This document shows positions 37,901 through 50,519 of a DNA stretch of 64,000 nucleotides, in pieces. The stretch covers positions 248,001-312,000 of the forward strand of contig JASTWF010000338.1 of assembly GCA_030390025.1 (NCBI GenBank), read 5' to 3'. Each line of letters starts with the position of its first letter. Positions within the stretch are counted from its first letter, which is position 1. The position numbers and the translations under genes are program-made. The notes under the pieces are model-generated. The model saw nothing but the letters and a program-made list of their open reading frames with translations. It was not told where the DNA came from and searched no databases. The stretch is from Squalus acanthias (Eukaryota).

Positions 37901-39875
37901 TCACTGGGTAAAACGACAGAAGATCAGTGGAAGATGTTTAAAAAATAATTTAAGGTGTTACAGAACCAGTTTATACCCCTGAGGGGCAAGAGCTCTACTT
38001 GCCAAAAAAGCCCATCCATGGACAACTAAAGAGGTAAAGGCCAGCATAAAACTATAAAGGAAAGGGCATACAAAAATGCAAAAAATAGCACAGATCCTGG
38101 CGAATGGGAAAGATACAAAGAACAGCAAAGGGTCACACAACAGTTAGTAAGAGCTACAAAAAGGGAGTATGAAAAGAAACTTGCAAGGGATATCAAAATC
38201 AATGCGAAGAATTTTTACAATTACATTGGGAAAAAGAGGGTGGTCAGGAGCAAAGTTGGCCCCTTAAAAACAAAGTGGTGATATTGTCAATGACAATGGG
38301 GAAATGGCAGGCATGTTGAATAATTACTTTGCGTCAGTATTTACAGTAGAGAGAGGACAGCATGCTGGAAATCCTAAAGAAGCTAATATTGAATCTGGGA
38401 CAGGGACTCAATAAAATTAACATAAGTAAAGCAACAGCGATGAAGAAAATAATGGCACTAAAGAGTGACAAATCCCCAGGACCAGATGGTTTCCATCCCA
38501 GGGTTTTAAAGGAACTAGGAGCACATTGCAGATGCCCTAACTATAATCTTCCAAAGTTCTCTAGATTCAGGAACCGTCCTTTCTTTTGGAAAATTGTACA
38601 TGTTACTCCGCATTTTAAGAATGGCGAGAGAGGGAAACCAGTGAATTATAAACAGTTAGCCTAACATCTGTTGTCGGGAAATTGCTAGAGTCTATAATTA
38701 AGGATAGGGTGACAGAACACCTCGAAAATTTTCAGCTGATCAGAGAGAGCCAGCATGGATTTGTGAAAGGTACCATTAATTGGAGGGAAACTAAAATAAA
38801 TCAAGGGAATGCACTTATTGTATTCAATATTAGTAATAAAATGGTAATGGAGAAAATAATGGGACTAGGATAGATAAATCACCAGGACCTGATGGTTTCC
38901 ATCCCAGGGTATTAAAAGAAGTGGGGAAATTGCAGAAGCATTAGCTATAATCATTCAAACTCTTGATTTGGGAACTATGCTGTTAAACTCAAAAATTGCA
39001 AATGTCAGTCCATTATTTAAGAAGGGTGGGAGAGAGAAACCAGGTAACTACAGGCCTGTGAATTTAAAATCAATTGTGGGGACGCTACTAGAATCTCTCA
39101 TTAGAGATCGAGTGACTGAGCACTTGTCCAAATATGAGCTGATCAGAGAGAGCCAGCATGGTAACACTTGGGTTGGAGATTGGTTGGGAGGTAGGAGACA
39201 GTGATTGGGGATAAAGGGTTTGTACTCAGATTGGCAGAACGTGACAAGTGCATCTGTTCTGGAGCCTCAACTTTTTCCCATATTTATTACTCACTTGGAT
39301 CAAGGAATAGAGCTGTATATCCAAGTTTCCAGATGACACTAAAGTCAGAGACACAGTAAGTAGTGCAGCTGGGAGCAGGAAGTTGCAAAACTATGACAGA
39401 TGGACAAGTGTGAGGTCGTCCACTTTGGACCTAAGAAAATGACATTTTCCAAATGTTGGGAAACTTGGAACTGTAGAGGAGCAAAGAAATTTGGGAGTCT
39501 AACTCCACAAACCATTTAAAATTAGTCGACAGGTACAAAAAGCAATAAATAAGGCCAATGGAAATTTGGCCTTTATCTTAAGATGGCTGGATTACAAATA
39601 GGAAGAGTTGTAATCTTAAAATTTGAACCATTTAGGATGAAAATCATGAAGTACCTTTTCACACAAGTTATTAGAAATCTGGAATTCTCTCCCCAAAGGG
39701 CTGTGGATTCTAGGACAAGTGGAGCTTTTAAGACTGAGATCGATAGATTTTAGTTGGGAAAGGCTAACAAGGGACATGGAGCAAAGGTGGGTAAATAGAT
39801 TTGAGGCACAGATAAGCAATGATCTAATTGAATGGCATTGGAGGCTCGAGGGGCTGAATGGCCGACTCCTGTTCC
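34960..39875 (+). mobile_element. Patchwork of CR1 LINE fragments (APE endonuclease and RT regions), with unique sequence at ~36180-36800
   Basis: IVAITETWL, MGDFN, LSNSDHNMIEF, KSPGPDGFHPRVLK, PGNYRPV and LIRESQHGF. 3' tails at ~36175 and ~39870. Confidence 0.85.
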
Positions 39876-41186
39876 GATCTTCCTTTCAATCTGCTTGGTT
39901 TCCAGTCAGATTTTGTCAGGAGCAATAAAAATTCTTCATTCTTAATTCTGCTGCAGGGATTTCAAAAACATCGGTCATTTTCACGAAGGACTCGTCGCAG
40001 AATTCATTAAGATCTTGGAGCAAGACAATCGATCCTTCAATAAGAGTTCCTTTTACATCTATTTTTCCAGCTTATGTGGGTTAGTTGCCTTTTTAAAGAA
40101 AGATGAATGAAACTTTTCTGAAAGGTTCTGTTACCGTTACAGACATCAAACAGTGAGATGTACTTAACTCTATTCTTAACCTCCTTTGACCTCCCACCTA
40201 GTACACATTGGATTTAACCCTGTGCATGTGGCAGTGTTGGGATTTTGAACGATTCCCCCCCGGTCCCATCTCCAGAGCCCTGTGCATGGTGACCCTGTTT
40301 ATAAATACTGCCCTCTACTGGCAGTTGCCAGTTTTTGTCTCCCACCCACACTGCTGCATTGTGAGGTGGAGCTTCTTCATTCACAATTAGTCAGCTCCGT
40401 TAACTCCAACACTGAGGTTTTCTTTCCCATTTTCTGGTCTGTATTTTACATTCAGTGTTCACATTATTTGGTTTTGTGCGATGAGTCTAAACAACGGCTC
40501 TTTCCAGGTGCCCAGTTCAATGTATCACCTCTTATCGTCCTGTGGCAGATAGTCCCTGGTTTTCACCAGGGGGTGGATCTCCTTGTCATTCCCCAGATGA
40601 AATATGTTGGGGAGCCACGTGGTCTTCCACCCACACGTGAACCAGACATTCGGCTCCGGCCCTGGCAGATCTGACTGCCCCGGCAGAGGAGTCCTGGCTG
40701 CTGTTGTTCCTTTTAATATTGTTTAGAATTAGGTGCCCCCTTCAATTCCAAGTTATTTGCCAATGTCCCAGATTCATTGCTGACCGACCACCTCTGAGGG
40801 GCAGCTTTGGTGATCTACCAGTTGTGTAAGTGCGGAGAAACCACACTGAAGGATAAAGGAGAATTACTCAGCCAGTAATAGGAAGCTCCACATTTAACCA
40901 TTTCTGGTTAGAAACCTGGGGGTTTTGAAAAAAGAGCCATCAAGTCACAGATATTTGTTTAAAGTCTCCATATTGCACATACACAGGGCTAAACCCAGTT
41001 GTACATGGGTGGTCAGCCCTCCTTTGGGCAACAGGGATTAATCACTGCAGTAATTTCCCTTTTCTGTAACCTTGCTTTAAATGAATCGTGCACAGACTGA
41101 GATTGAGATGGTTTTGTTGCCAGATGTAATTCCAGGATGTTCTACCTACAGGCAGCAATGGATTATGTTTATGTTTATCACAGTCA

Positions 41187-41818
41187 GGCTGATCAGAACA
41201 TTTAAAGGTGATGTGAAAAGAGTCAATAGAAAATGGAAAGTGTTGCAGAGCACAGAGTATTGAAGTTGTGAAATGTGAAATCATGGAGTGATCAGCGTGG
41301 GATCGTACCTGGGCTCTCTCACTCTGAGTTAGTTCCAGATTGAATTATTTAATTACAAGGGAATGTCTGAACTATAAAGACACAGTGTGTTCACCATTTG
41401 TAAAACTTTGAGGCTTGAAAAATGTCCTGCCGTGTTTAAATTGTTGTGTCTCCTGTACTGTGAAATATAATGGGAATGGACTGTATAACAGACAGTGTCG
41501 ACTGCACGCTGTGCCCTGCAGGAAAAGCAACACATTCACTGGAGAAACCTGCTAATGGGGACACCCTGTGTGTGGAGTAAAGTATTCCCTTTTCCTGCCA
41601 TTCCTGATAATCAAACACTGGACATTGTGATGGGGATGAGTAGAAAGGTTGTTTCTCAATCCAGTTTGGTTTTATGGAGAATGTATCCCATTGACAGACA
41701 CAAATATTCACAGAGTGAGAGAGCTCAGGTACGATCCCACATCAATGCTCTGTGCTCGGCAACACTTCCCATTTTCTATTGGCTCTTTTCACATCATCTT
41801 TAATTGTTCTGATCAGCA
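41187..41818. repeat. Degenerate long inverted repeat (arms ~41187-41327 and ~41710-41818); possible old foldback/MITE
   Basis: GCTGATCAGAACA.TTAAAG.TGATGTGAAAAGAG.CAATAGAAAATGG...GTGGGATCGTACCTG.GCTCTCTCACTCTG occurs on both strands. The left arm has a ~30-bp insertion. Confidence 0.75.
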
Positions 41819-41819
41819 T

Positions 41820-42563
41820 GATCCATATCTGCCTCCTCCTGAGGTCCCCACCATCACAGAAGCCAGTCTTCAGCCAATTGATTCAATCCTCGTGATATCA
41901 AGAAACAGCTGAGCGCACTGGATACAGCAAAGGCTATGGGCCCCGAAAACATCCTGGCTGTCGTGCTGAAGACTTGTGCTCCAGAACTAGCCGCACCTCT
42001 AGCCAAGCTGTTCCAGTATAGCTACAACACTGGCATCTATGTGAAAAATTTCCAAGGTATGTCCTGTCCCCAAAAAAAAGGACAAATCCAACCCAGCCAA
42101 CTTTTTTTTAAATTCATTCATGGGATGTGGGCGTCGCTGGCAAGGCCAGCATTTATTGTCCATCCCTTACTCACCAATAACCTGCTCATCAATGCTCAGT
42201 TTAGGTGTACAAAATTATGAGGGGCATAGTGGGTAGAAAGGAACTTTTCCCCTTAGTAGAGGGGTCAATAACCAAGGGGCATAGTTTCAAGGTAAGGGGC
42301 AGGAGGTTTAGAGGGGATTTGAGGGAAAACTTTTTCACCCAGAGGGTGGTTGGAATCTGGAACTCACTGCCTGAAAGGGTGGTAGAGGCAGGAACCCTCA
42401 CAACATTCAAGAAGCATTTAGATGAGCACTTGAAACGCCATAGCATACAAGGCTACGGACCAAGTGCTGGAAAATGGGATTAGAATAGACAGGGCTTGAT
42501 GGCCGGCACGGACACGATGGGCCGAAGGGTCTCTTTCTGTGCTGTATAACTTTATGACTCTAT
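41820..42563 (+). mobile_element. LINE fragments (Crack-like piece, then a CR1 3' end)
   Basis: GPENILAVVLKTCAPEL and YKIMRG...RVVGIWNSLP, with a (ACTCTATG)-like tail. Confidence 0.8.
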
Positions 42564-44312
42564 GGGGGAAAAATTCAGTTGGTTGCGCCTCCCGTTAGCG
42601 CCTTAAGAGGGTGCTAATGGGGCGCAAAGCAACTAGCGCTTGGGCGCAGCGATGTTTGCGCCGCTCGCGAACTTAACTAGACATTTTGCGGCGGCGCTAA
42701 ACTTTACCGCCACGATCTCCTGCGCACGCAGATCTTGACGTCATACGAGGGTGCAATGCCCTTGTGGCGCCCCGGAGCGGAAATTGAGTGGCGCCCCCAT
42801 CCTTTCCGCCTGGCGCATCCAACGACCGGAAGACTGGAACGCTATCAGTCGCTGTGAGGCTGGGGGGGGCGCTATTTAAAGGGGGCCTCTTCCTGTCTTT
42901 CTCTGTGGTTGACATTTTTGCACCACTCATTCTGAGAGAGAGAGAGAGATTCGGAGAGAGAGAAAGAGAGACTTCTGCATTGAGTCAACGCTGTGTGAGG
43001 TAGTTTTGGCTACTGATCATAACTTGGCAGGTACTTTGGTTTTTGGCCTTCATAACTTTGCTTGCTAAGAGACTATGGGGGCTGCACTGATTGGGGGCGT
43101 CGTCCTGCGCCAGCTGAATCGGAGGACACAGAGACGCAGAGAGAGAGTGGCAATCATGGCCAGACGGAGGAGGGCCAACAGGCGTCTGTACAGGAGAGCT
43201 TACCCTCCCAGGGTATATCGTCAACAGCTCTCCTACATTCATATGTCTGAGGAGCAGTGTTTGCGAAGGCTGCGCTTCAGCAAGGAGGTGGTCACTGAGC
43301 TCTGCCACCTGCTGCAGCCAGATCTGCAGCCTCAACTGAGGTCCAGGCCGTCTCTGTCGGTGGCAGTGAAGATCACAGTGGCTCTGTACTTTTATGCTAC
43401 TGGCTCATTTCAATCTGCTGCTGGGGACATCGCCAATATCTCCCAGTTCGCGGTGCATTGCTTAATCCGTCAGGTCACAAATGCCCTCTTTAAAAGGAGA
43501 TGAGATGTTTGCGCCGCTCGCGAAATTAACTAGACATTTTGCGTGGCGGCGCTAAACACTACCGCCACGATCTCCTGCGCCGGCAGATCGTGACGTCAGT
43601 CGAGTGCGCAACGCCCCGGTAGCTCCCCGGAATGGATATTGAGTGGTGCCCCCTGCCTTACCGCCTGCCGCTAGCAACGACAGGTTGAGGGGAGCGTTTT
43701 GCAGTCAGGAAGGGACTGGGGGAGCGCTATTTAAAGGCAACTGCTTCCTGCCTTTTTTTGTTGGTGACATTTTTGAACCATGCATTCTGAGATGAGAGAG
43801 AGAGAGACTTCTGGAGAGATTCAACGCTGTGTGAAGGAGTTTTGGGTACTGAGCAGCACTTTGCAGGTTCATTTTGATTTGCCCTTCCTTGTATTGATTT
43901 AGAAGAGACTGTGGGGGCTGCACTCTGAGCTCTTTCCCTGGTTCTCTCCATTGTTCTTTCCAGCAGATTTGATGTACAGGTCTCTCCAGGCCGAGATTCA
44001 AGGCTGCAATGAGCAGGATGTGGATGGAAAGCAAGATCGACCCTCCCCTTTAAGAACTGGCCCGTGCCATTGTGTCTGGGTTCCATTGCTGACTGACATC
44101 ACATGAGCTTCGCCAGCACTCTGAGGTAGCGCCTCGCTCCTTGGCCTTTGCGCCTTAAGACAGATGTGAAGCGCCTGATTTAGCGCTCCAATCACCTCCA
44201 GAGGCGATAAAAGTCAAGTTTGCAGTCGGAGGCGATAATTAACGCCAAGCGCTAATCTTTGCGCCCGGCCGATAATTGCGCCCCAAATGGGGCGATACTG
44301 AATTTCTCCCCC
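42564..44312 (+). mobile_element. PIF/Harbinger composite element with truncated transposase
   Basis: TIRs GGGGGAAAAATTCAGT/ACTGAATTTCTCCCCC. The segment 43501-44312 is the reverse complement of ~3271-4080. Confidence 0.85.
43075..43503 (+). pseudogene. Harbinger (HARBI1-like) transposase N-terminus, truncated before the DDE core
   Basis: MSEEQCLRRLRFSKEVVTELCHLL...LSVAVKITVALYFYATGSFQSAAGDIANISQ..V...IRQVTNAL. Confidence 0.88.
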
Positions 44313-45050
44313 AATATCTTTTAAATCGTGAGAAACTTTTAAATGTTGGTGTTCAGAGAGATGTGCGTGTCCTCGTGCAAGAAACACAGAAAGCTAGCAT
44401 GCAGGTACAGCAAGCAATAAGGAAGGCAAATTACATGTTGGCCTTTATTGTAAGGGTGTTGGAGTATAAGAGTAAGGAAGTCTTGTTACAATTGTACAGG
44501 GCCTTGGTGAGACCACACCTGGAGTACTGTGCACTGTTTTGGTCTCATTATCTAAGGAAGGATATACTTGCCTTGGAGGCGGTGCAACGAAGGTTCACTA
44601 GATTGATTCCTGGGATGAGAGGGCTGTCCTGTGATGAGAGGTTGTGTAGAATGGGCCTATACTCTCTGGAGTTTAGAAGAATGAGAAGTGATCTGAAGGG
44701 GGTTGACAGGGTAGATGCTGAGAGGTTGTTTCCCCCTGGCTGGAGTGTCTGGAACTAGGGGGCATAATCTCAGGATAAGGGGTCGGCCATTTAAGACTGA
44801 GATGAGGAGGAATTTCTTCACTCAGAAGGTTGTGAATCTTTGGAATTCTCTGCCCCAGAGGGCTGTGGATGCTGAGTCTTTCAGTATATTCAAGGCTGAG
44901 ATCGATAGATTTTTGGACTCTAGGGGAATCAAGGGATATGGAGATCGGGCGGGAAAGTGGAGTTGAGGTCGATGATCAGCCATGATCTTATTGAATGGCG
45001 GAGCAGGCTCGAGGGGCCGAATGGCCGACTCCTGCTCCTATTTCTTATGT
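44313..45050 (+). mobile_element. CR1 LINE 3' fragment
   Basis: LYRALVRPHLEYC, and a 3' UTR near-identical to 35670-36178. Confidence 0.9.
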
Positions 45051-45240
45051 TCACCCCTCCACCCTCCTTTATCCCTCCAGCCCTCCACCCTCTCCACCAC
45101 TCCACCCTCTGCCACCCTCCATCACCCCTCCTCCACCCTTTTCCACTCTCCTTCACCCCTCCATCCTCCTCCACCCTCCTCCACCCCTTCACCCCTCCAT
45201 CCTCCTCCACCCTCCTCCATCCCTTCACCCCTCCATTCCC
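45051..45240. repeat. C-rich pyrimidine low-complexity tract (CCTCCA/CCCT)n
   Basis: Seen directly. Confidence 0.9.
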
Positions 45241-45378
45241 ACATCATATTAAAAGCTAGCTTTCGAATTGTTGTCAAAAGCAGGAACCATTTGGAGTAAG
45301 ATTTATGATCTAAAATGGCGAGACTGATTGTAGACCCAGTTAAATACATGGGGCTGCATTTATTTTGAAGTGTGAGTA

Positions 45379-48300
45379 TGTTGAGGCTGCCGCGAAACAC
45401 GAATTAAGACTGAATCCATGTGTGGAAAACAAAGGCTTTTTAATACAACTGCATGGTCAAAGATGGCTGAAACAAACTGCTCCCAGAATTCTCTGGAAAA
45501 TCCTGAGGCCCCGCCCACTCCTTTTCTCCTGCCTTAAAGGCAAGGTGCCTTAAAGGCAAGGTGCCCGATTTATTGTCCACGGACGGAAGAGTGGATTGCG
45601 CCCGTTTAGGTGGCGATCCGCCACACAGCTCCCCCCAGAATCTGCTTAGGAGGTGTGGACGAGACGGTGCGGCGGTCTGATGGGCCGGCCGGAGCGGTTC
45701 TTGTAGGATGCCGGTGGACGTGGAACGGCCGGGCGTGGAGCAGCCGGGTGAACCGGCTTGAGGGCAGGTCGGCCGCGTGGAGGTGGACGAATTACATGGA
45801 CCTGCTCACCGGGCTCCGAGTGTGCTGGCTTGAGTTGGTCAACCGACACTTTTTCGGTCCTGTCGCTCACTTGCAGGGTGAAAAATTTGTCCCCAGCCTG
45901 TAGCACCTTGTAGGGCCCGTCGTACGGGGGTTGAAGGGGTCCGCGGTGGGCGTCGTGCCGGACGAAAACGAACCGTGCCTGGTGCAGGCTTAGTGGGACG
46001 TGTGAGGTGGATTCGCCGTGTCAGGCAATGGGCACCGGGGCGAACTGCAGCGCCGGTGAGGCGAAGTCGTGGCGTTGCTGGTCGGCTGACCAGGGTGTCG
46101 TGGCGGTGGGCAGGAACTCGCCGGGTACGCGCAGCGGCTGACCGTACACGAGCTCTGCTGCCGATGCGTGGAGGTCTTCTTTAACCGCGGTGCGCAGGCC
46201 GAGGAGGACCCACGGAAGTCGGTTGGTCCAGGCGCCGTCCTGGAGGCTGGCTCGAAGAGATGCCTTCAAGGATCTGTGGAACCGCTCACACAGTCCGTTG
46301 GCTTGGGGGTGGTATGCTGTGGTGCGGTGAATGGTCATCCCGAGATTGCGTGCGACTGCGGTCCAGAGTTCAGAGGTAAATTGCGGACCTCTGTCCGACG
46401 TCATGTCGGAGGGGACGCCGAACCGTGCGACCCAGGTGCTGACGAAGGCTCTGGCGATGTCGGTGGTGGTGGTAGAGGTCAACAAGTGCGTGTGGCCTTG
46501 CGACGGCGGCAGGGGCCCGACGATGTCCACGTGGATGTGGTCGAATCTACGCGAGGGGACGGTAAACTCCTCGAGGGGTGCTTTCGTGTGTTGCTGTACC
46601 TTGGCCCGTTGGCAGGCTAGGCAGGAGTTGGCCCAAGTACGCACATCCTTGCGAAGGCCGCGCCAGACAAAGCGGTTGGCTGCCAATTTGATGGATGCGC
46701 GGGCGCCGGGGTGGGATAGGTTGTGGAGAATCTCGAATACCCGGCGGCGCCAGGACGCTGGGACGACGGGCCGAGGTTGACATAGGGATATGTCGCACTT
46801 GACCATGACTGCGGTCGGGCCACAGGCGACGTCGGCCAGGCGTAGCCCTGGTAGGTTGGTGGGTGCGGAGAGCAGATCAGGGTCGGTGATCTGGTCTGCT
46901 GCGAGTTGAGCGTAGTCGACGCCAGGTGTGCGGCGTTGATTTGCGGCGGGAGAGGCAGTCGGCTAACACATTGTCTCGGCCAGAGACGTGTTGGATGTCC
47001 GTGGTGAACTCGGACACTGCCGCGAGCTGGCGCTGCTGCCTGGTGGACCAGGGGTCGGTTGTCTTTGCCATTGCGAATGTCAGGGGCTTGTGGTCGACAA
47101 ACGCAGTGAAGGGGTGGCCCTCCAGCAAAAAACGAAAATGGCGGACCGCCAGGAACAGCGCGAGGAGCTCGCGGTCGAAGGTGCTGTACTTGACCTCCGG
47201 GGGGCGTAGTTGGCGGCTGAAGAAGGCAAGTGGTTGCCAGGCGCCATCGACCCACTGCTCATACACGGCGCCGACCGCGTGGTCGGAGGCGTCCGTGGTG
47301 AGCGCTACCCTGGCATTGGGCCGTGGGTGCGCGAGCAGGGTGGCGTTGGCGAGCGCGGTCTTGGTGGAGTCGAAGGCGGCGGACGCGTCTGCCGTCCATT
47401 CGACCGCCATCTTGCCGCCCCTGCCCCGGAGGGCTTCATACAGGGGCCTCATGAGGGACGCCGCTTTGGGGATGCAGCGGTTATAGAAATTCACCATCCC
47501 GAGGAACTCCTGGAGGCCTTTGATGGTGGTGGGGCAGGGAAATTGTTGGACGGCCTGCACCTTGGTGGGCAGGGGAATGGCCCCAGCATGGGTGATGTGG
47601 TGGCCGAGGAAGTCGATCTTGTCCAGGCCAAACTGGCATTTGGCTGGGCTGAGGATGAGCCCGTGGTCGCTGAGGCGCCCGAACAGGATGCGAAGGTGTT
47701 CGAGGTGCTCCTGCTTGGAGGAACTGGCTACCAGGATGTCGTCCAGGTAGACGAACAGGAACTTCAGGTCCCGAAGGACCGAGTCCATGAGCCGTTGGAA
47801 TGCCTGGGCCGCGTTTTTGAGGCCGAAGGGCATCCGCAGGAACTCGAACAGGCCGAAGGGGGTGATTACGGCCATCTTGGGGACGTCCGCAGGGTGGACG
47901 CGACTTGGTGGTAGCCGCGCACCAGGTCGACCTTGGAAAAGACTGAGCGGCCGGCCAGTCTAGCCGAGAAGTCCTGAATGTGCGGCACGGGGTACCGATC
48001 AGGGGTGGTGGCGTCATTGAGGCGGCGGTAATCCCCGCAGGGGCGCCAACCCCCGCTTGGTTTGGGGGCGATGTGGAGTGGGGAGGCCCAGGGACTGTTG
48101 GAGCGGCGGATGATGCCGAGCTGTTCCATGGTGGCAAACTCGGTCCGCGTGATCTCCAGTTTGGCTGGGTCCAGCCTGCGGGCGTGGGCGTACACTGGGG
48201 GGCCTTTGGTGGGGATGAAGTGTTCCACCCCGTGTTTGCCGGCCTCCGCGGAGAAGGTCAGATTGGTAAGGGCCGGGAATTCGGCCAGGAGTGCCGAGTA

Positions 48301-49698
48301 GTCATCCGTGGCCCGGGCGTGGCACTGTGACGCCATGTTGGCGGGTTGACGGGGGGCCATGGCGCCCAGGATGGGGGACATGGTGTTCATGTCCACGAGG
48401 CGGTGACGAGGGATGTCTACCAGTAGGCTGTGGGCGCACAGGAAATCTGCGCCGATGAGAGGGGAGAGCACCTTGGCAGTGATGAACTCCCATCGGTAGC
48501 GGCGACCAGCGAGGTCGAGGGTGACTGTCCGGGTGCCATACGTCCAGATTTCCGAGCCGTTAGCAGCAGCCAGCGCCGGTCCTTGTTCGCCCTTTTGTAT
48601 GTCGAGGGAGGAGGCCGGGATGATGCTGTGCTGAGCTCCAGTGTCGCACAGGAACTGGCGGCCGGTTTTGTCATCCGTGACGTACAGCAGGGAGCCCGCG
48701 TGGCCCACGGCCATCGCGGGGGCTGGTACAGGGGCGGACTTGAAAGAGCAGGGAGGTGTGCACCGTTGTGCCCTGGCGCCGAACCGTGCGTGGGAGTAAC
48801 AGTGGCCCGGGTTAGTGGGGCGTGAAGGCCCCGTGGGCCTGGTGACAGGCCCTTGTGGCCGCAGGCTGGATGGTGAGGGGCGCGCCCAGGCATTGGCTGC
48901 CAGGTCCGGAGTGACGTCACGGCTGGAGTGAGCGGACAGCAGCTTGTCGGCCTCATCGACCAGGGCTTCCAGGTTCGTGAGGCCGGACGCCACGATCGCT
49001 GGGCGGATGCTGAGAGGTAGCTGGCGGATGAACAGCGTGCGGAAGAGGGATCCGGGTGGGCTGTCGTCGGTGAGGGAGAGCATGTGGGAGAGGAGGTCTG
49101 ACGGTGAGGCATCACCGAGGCCTGGAAGGTCGAGGAGGTGGCAGTTTCGCTGGTATGCCAAGGCCGTAAATTTTTTAAGGAGCGCTGCCTTAAGATGTGC
49201 GTACTCGCCTTCCTCTGGTGGGTTCTGCAGCGCTGTCCAAACCTCCGAAACTGTGGCGCTACCGAGTGATGTGACGAGGTAGTCGTACTGCGTCCCATCT
49301 GTGGTGATATTTCGCAGCCGGAAGCGGGATTCAGCTTGGAGAAACCAGGCTTCGGGCTGGTTTTCCCAAAACTCCGGCAGTTTCACGGAAACTGCGTTCG
49401 TGTCCGCCATTGCAGTGCTCGGAATACGTTCTGAGCGTCGGGGTCACCAATGTTGAGGCTGCCGCGAAACACGAATTAAGACTGAATCCATGTGTGGAAC
49501 ACAAAGGCTTTTTGATACAACTGCCTGGTCAAAGATGGCTGAAACAAACTGCTCCCAGAATTCTCTGGAAAAATCCTGAGGCCCTGCCCACTCATTTTCT
49601 CCTGCCTTAAAGGCAAGGTGCCTTAAAGGCAAGGTGCCCGATAGTTTGTCCACGGACGGAAAAGTGGATAATGCCCGTTTAGGTGGCGATCCGCCACA
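45379..49698 (-). mobile_element. Full-length Gypsy LTR retrotransposon, CsRN1-like
   Basis: LTRs 45379-45625 and 49451-49698 (TG...CA), 4-bp TSD AGTA, PBS TGGTGACCCCGACG (tRNA-Trp type) and PPT GGGGGGAGCTG. Confidence 0.95.
45646..49410 (-). pseudogene. Gypsy gag-pol, with frameshifts (~47890, ~46930, ~46020) and a short deletion in integrase
   Basis: VKLPEFW...WF.QAE; FLCDTGA; WRPCGDYRRLN; YLDD; TDASD; HVDIVGP; SDRGPQF; YDGPY. Confidence 0.93.
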
Positions 49699-49894
49699 AG
49701 TACATGAAAGTTGTACTTTTTAATGAAATGAGCAAAACCTGGTTCGCATACTGCAGTTTGCAGAATTTCTTTAGCAGTGTTTTTACATCAGTTTCAGAAG
49801 GTATAATTTTTTTTAAATAGCTAAGCTATGTTTAAGTCATCAAATAACTACTGGTGAATTTAAACACTGTCTTAAATTCACAAAGATAAGTACA

Positions 49895-50375
49895 GATGTC
49901 AGGGAACACCATCATCTTCAAGTTCCCTTCCAAGTCACAGACTAACCTGACTTGGACACAGATCATCACTTCATCGCCACTGGGTCAAAATCCCGGGATT
50001 CGCTGATTCCCTCCCGAACACTGCAGCAACACTCCAAGGCTTCTTCAGCAGCACCTCCCAAACCCGCAACCTCTTCCACCTAGAAGGACAAGGGCAGCAG
50101 GCGCATGGGAACACCACCACCTCCAAGTTCCCCTCCAAGTCACACGCCATCCTGACAGCACTGTGGGAGCACCTTCACCACACGGACTGCAGCAGTTCAA
50201 GAAGGTGGCTCACCGCCACCTTCTCGAGGGCAATTAGGGATGGGCAATAAATGCTGGCCTTGCCAGCGACGCTCACATCCCATAAACGAATAAAAAAAAC
50301 ATCACTGTGGGAGCAGTACCGCCATAAAGACTGCAGCAGTTGAAGAAGCAGGCCAATGACCACCTCTTCAGGGCC
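49895..50375 (+). mobile_element. 3' fragments of Crack-like LINE
   Basis: Ends GGGCAATAAATGCTGGCCTTGCCAGCGACG...AATAAAAAAAA. An inverted copy lies at 51540-51860. Confidence 0.75.
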
Positions 50376-50519
50376 TCGCGAGCACTGCACGTATTCCCAA
50401 GAACAAATATATAAGAAAAGGACAGAGGCCTTTTGGTCCATCTAACTCATCCTTCCAGAGAAACCGAAAATTTCCCTCCACCACAGCATCCAACTGCTTC
50501 TTGAATGACTCCATAGATT

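Noticed and set aside
40495..40650. Candidate fbln7 sushi exon (FTC...GTW words)
   Set aside because: The spacing and cysteines do not fit a sushi domain, there is an internal stop, and no matching splice sites.
43075..43503. Host HARBI1 gene
   Set aside because: It lies within TIRs and is truncated before the catalytic domain.
45975..49282. Multiple plus-strand ORFs over the Gypsy element
   Set aside because: Antisense shadows of GC-rich gag-pol.
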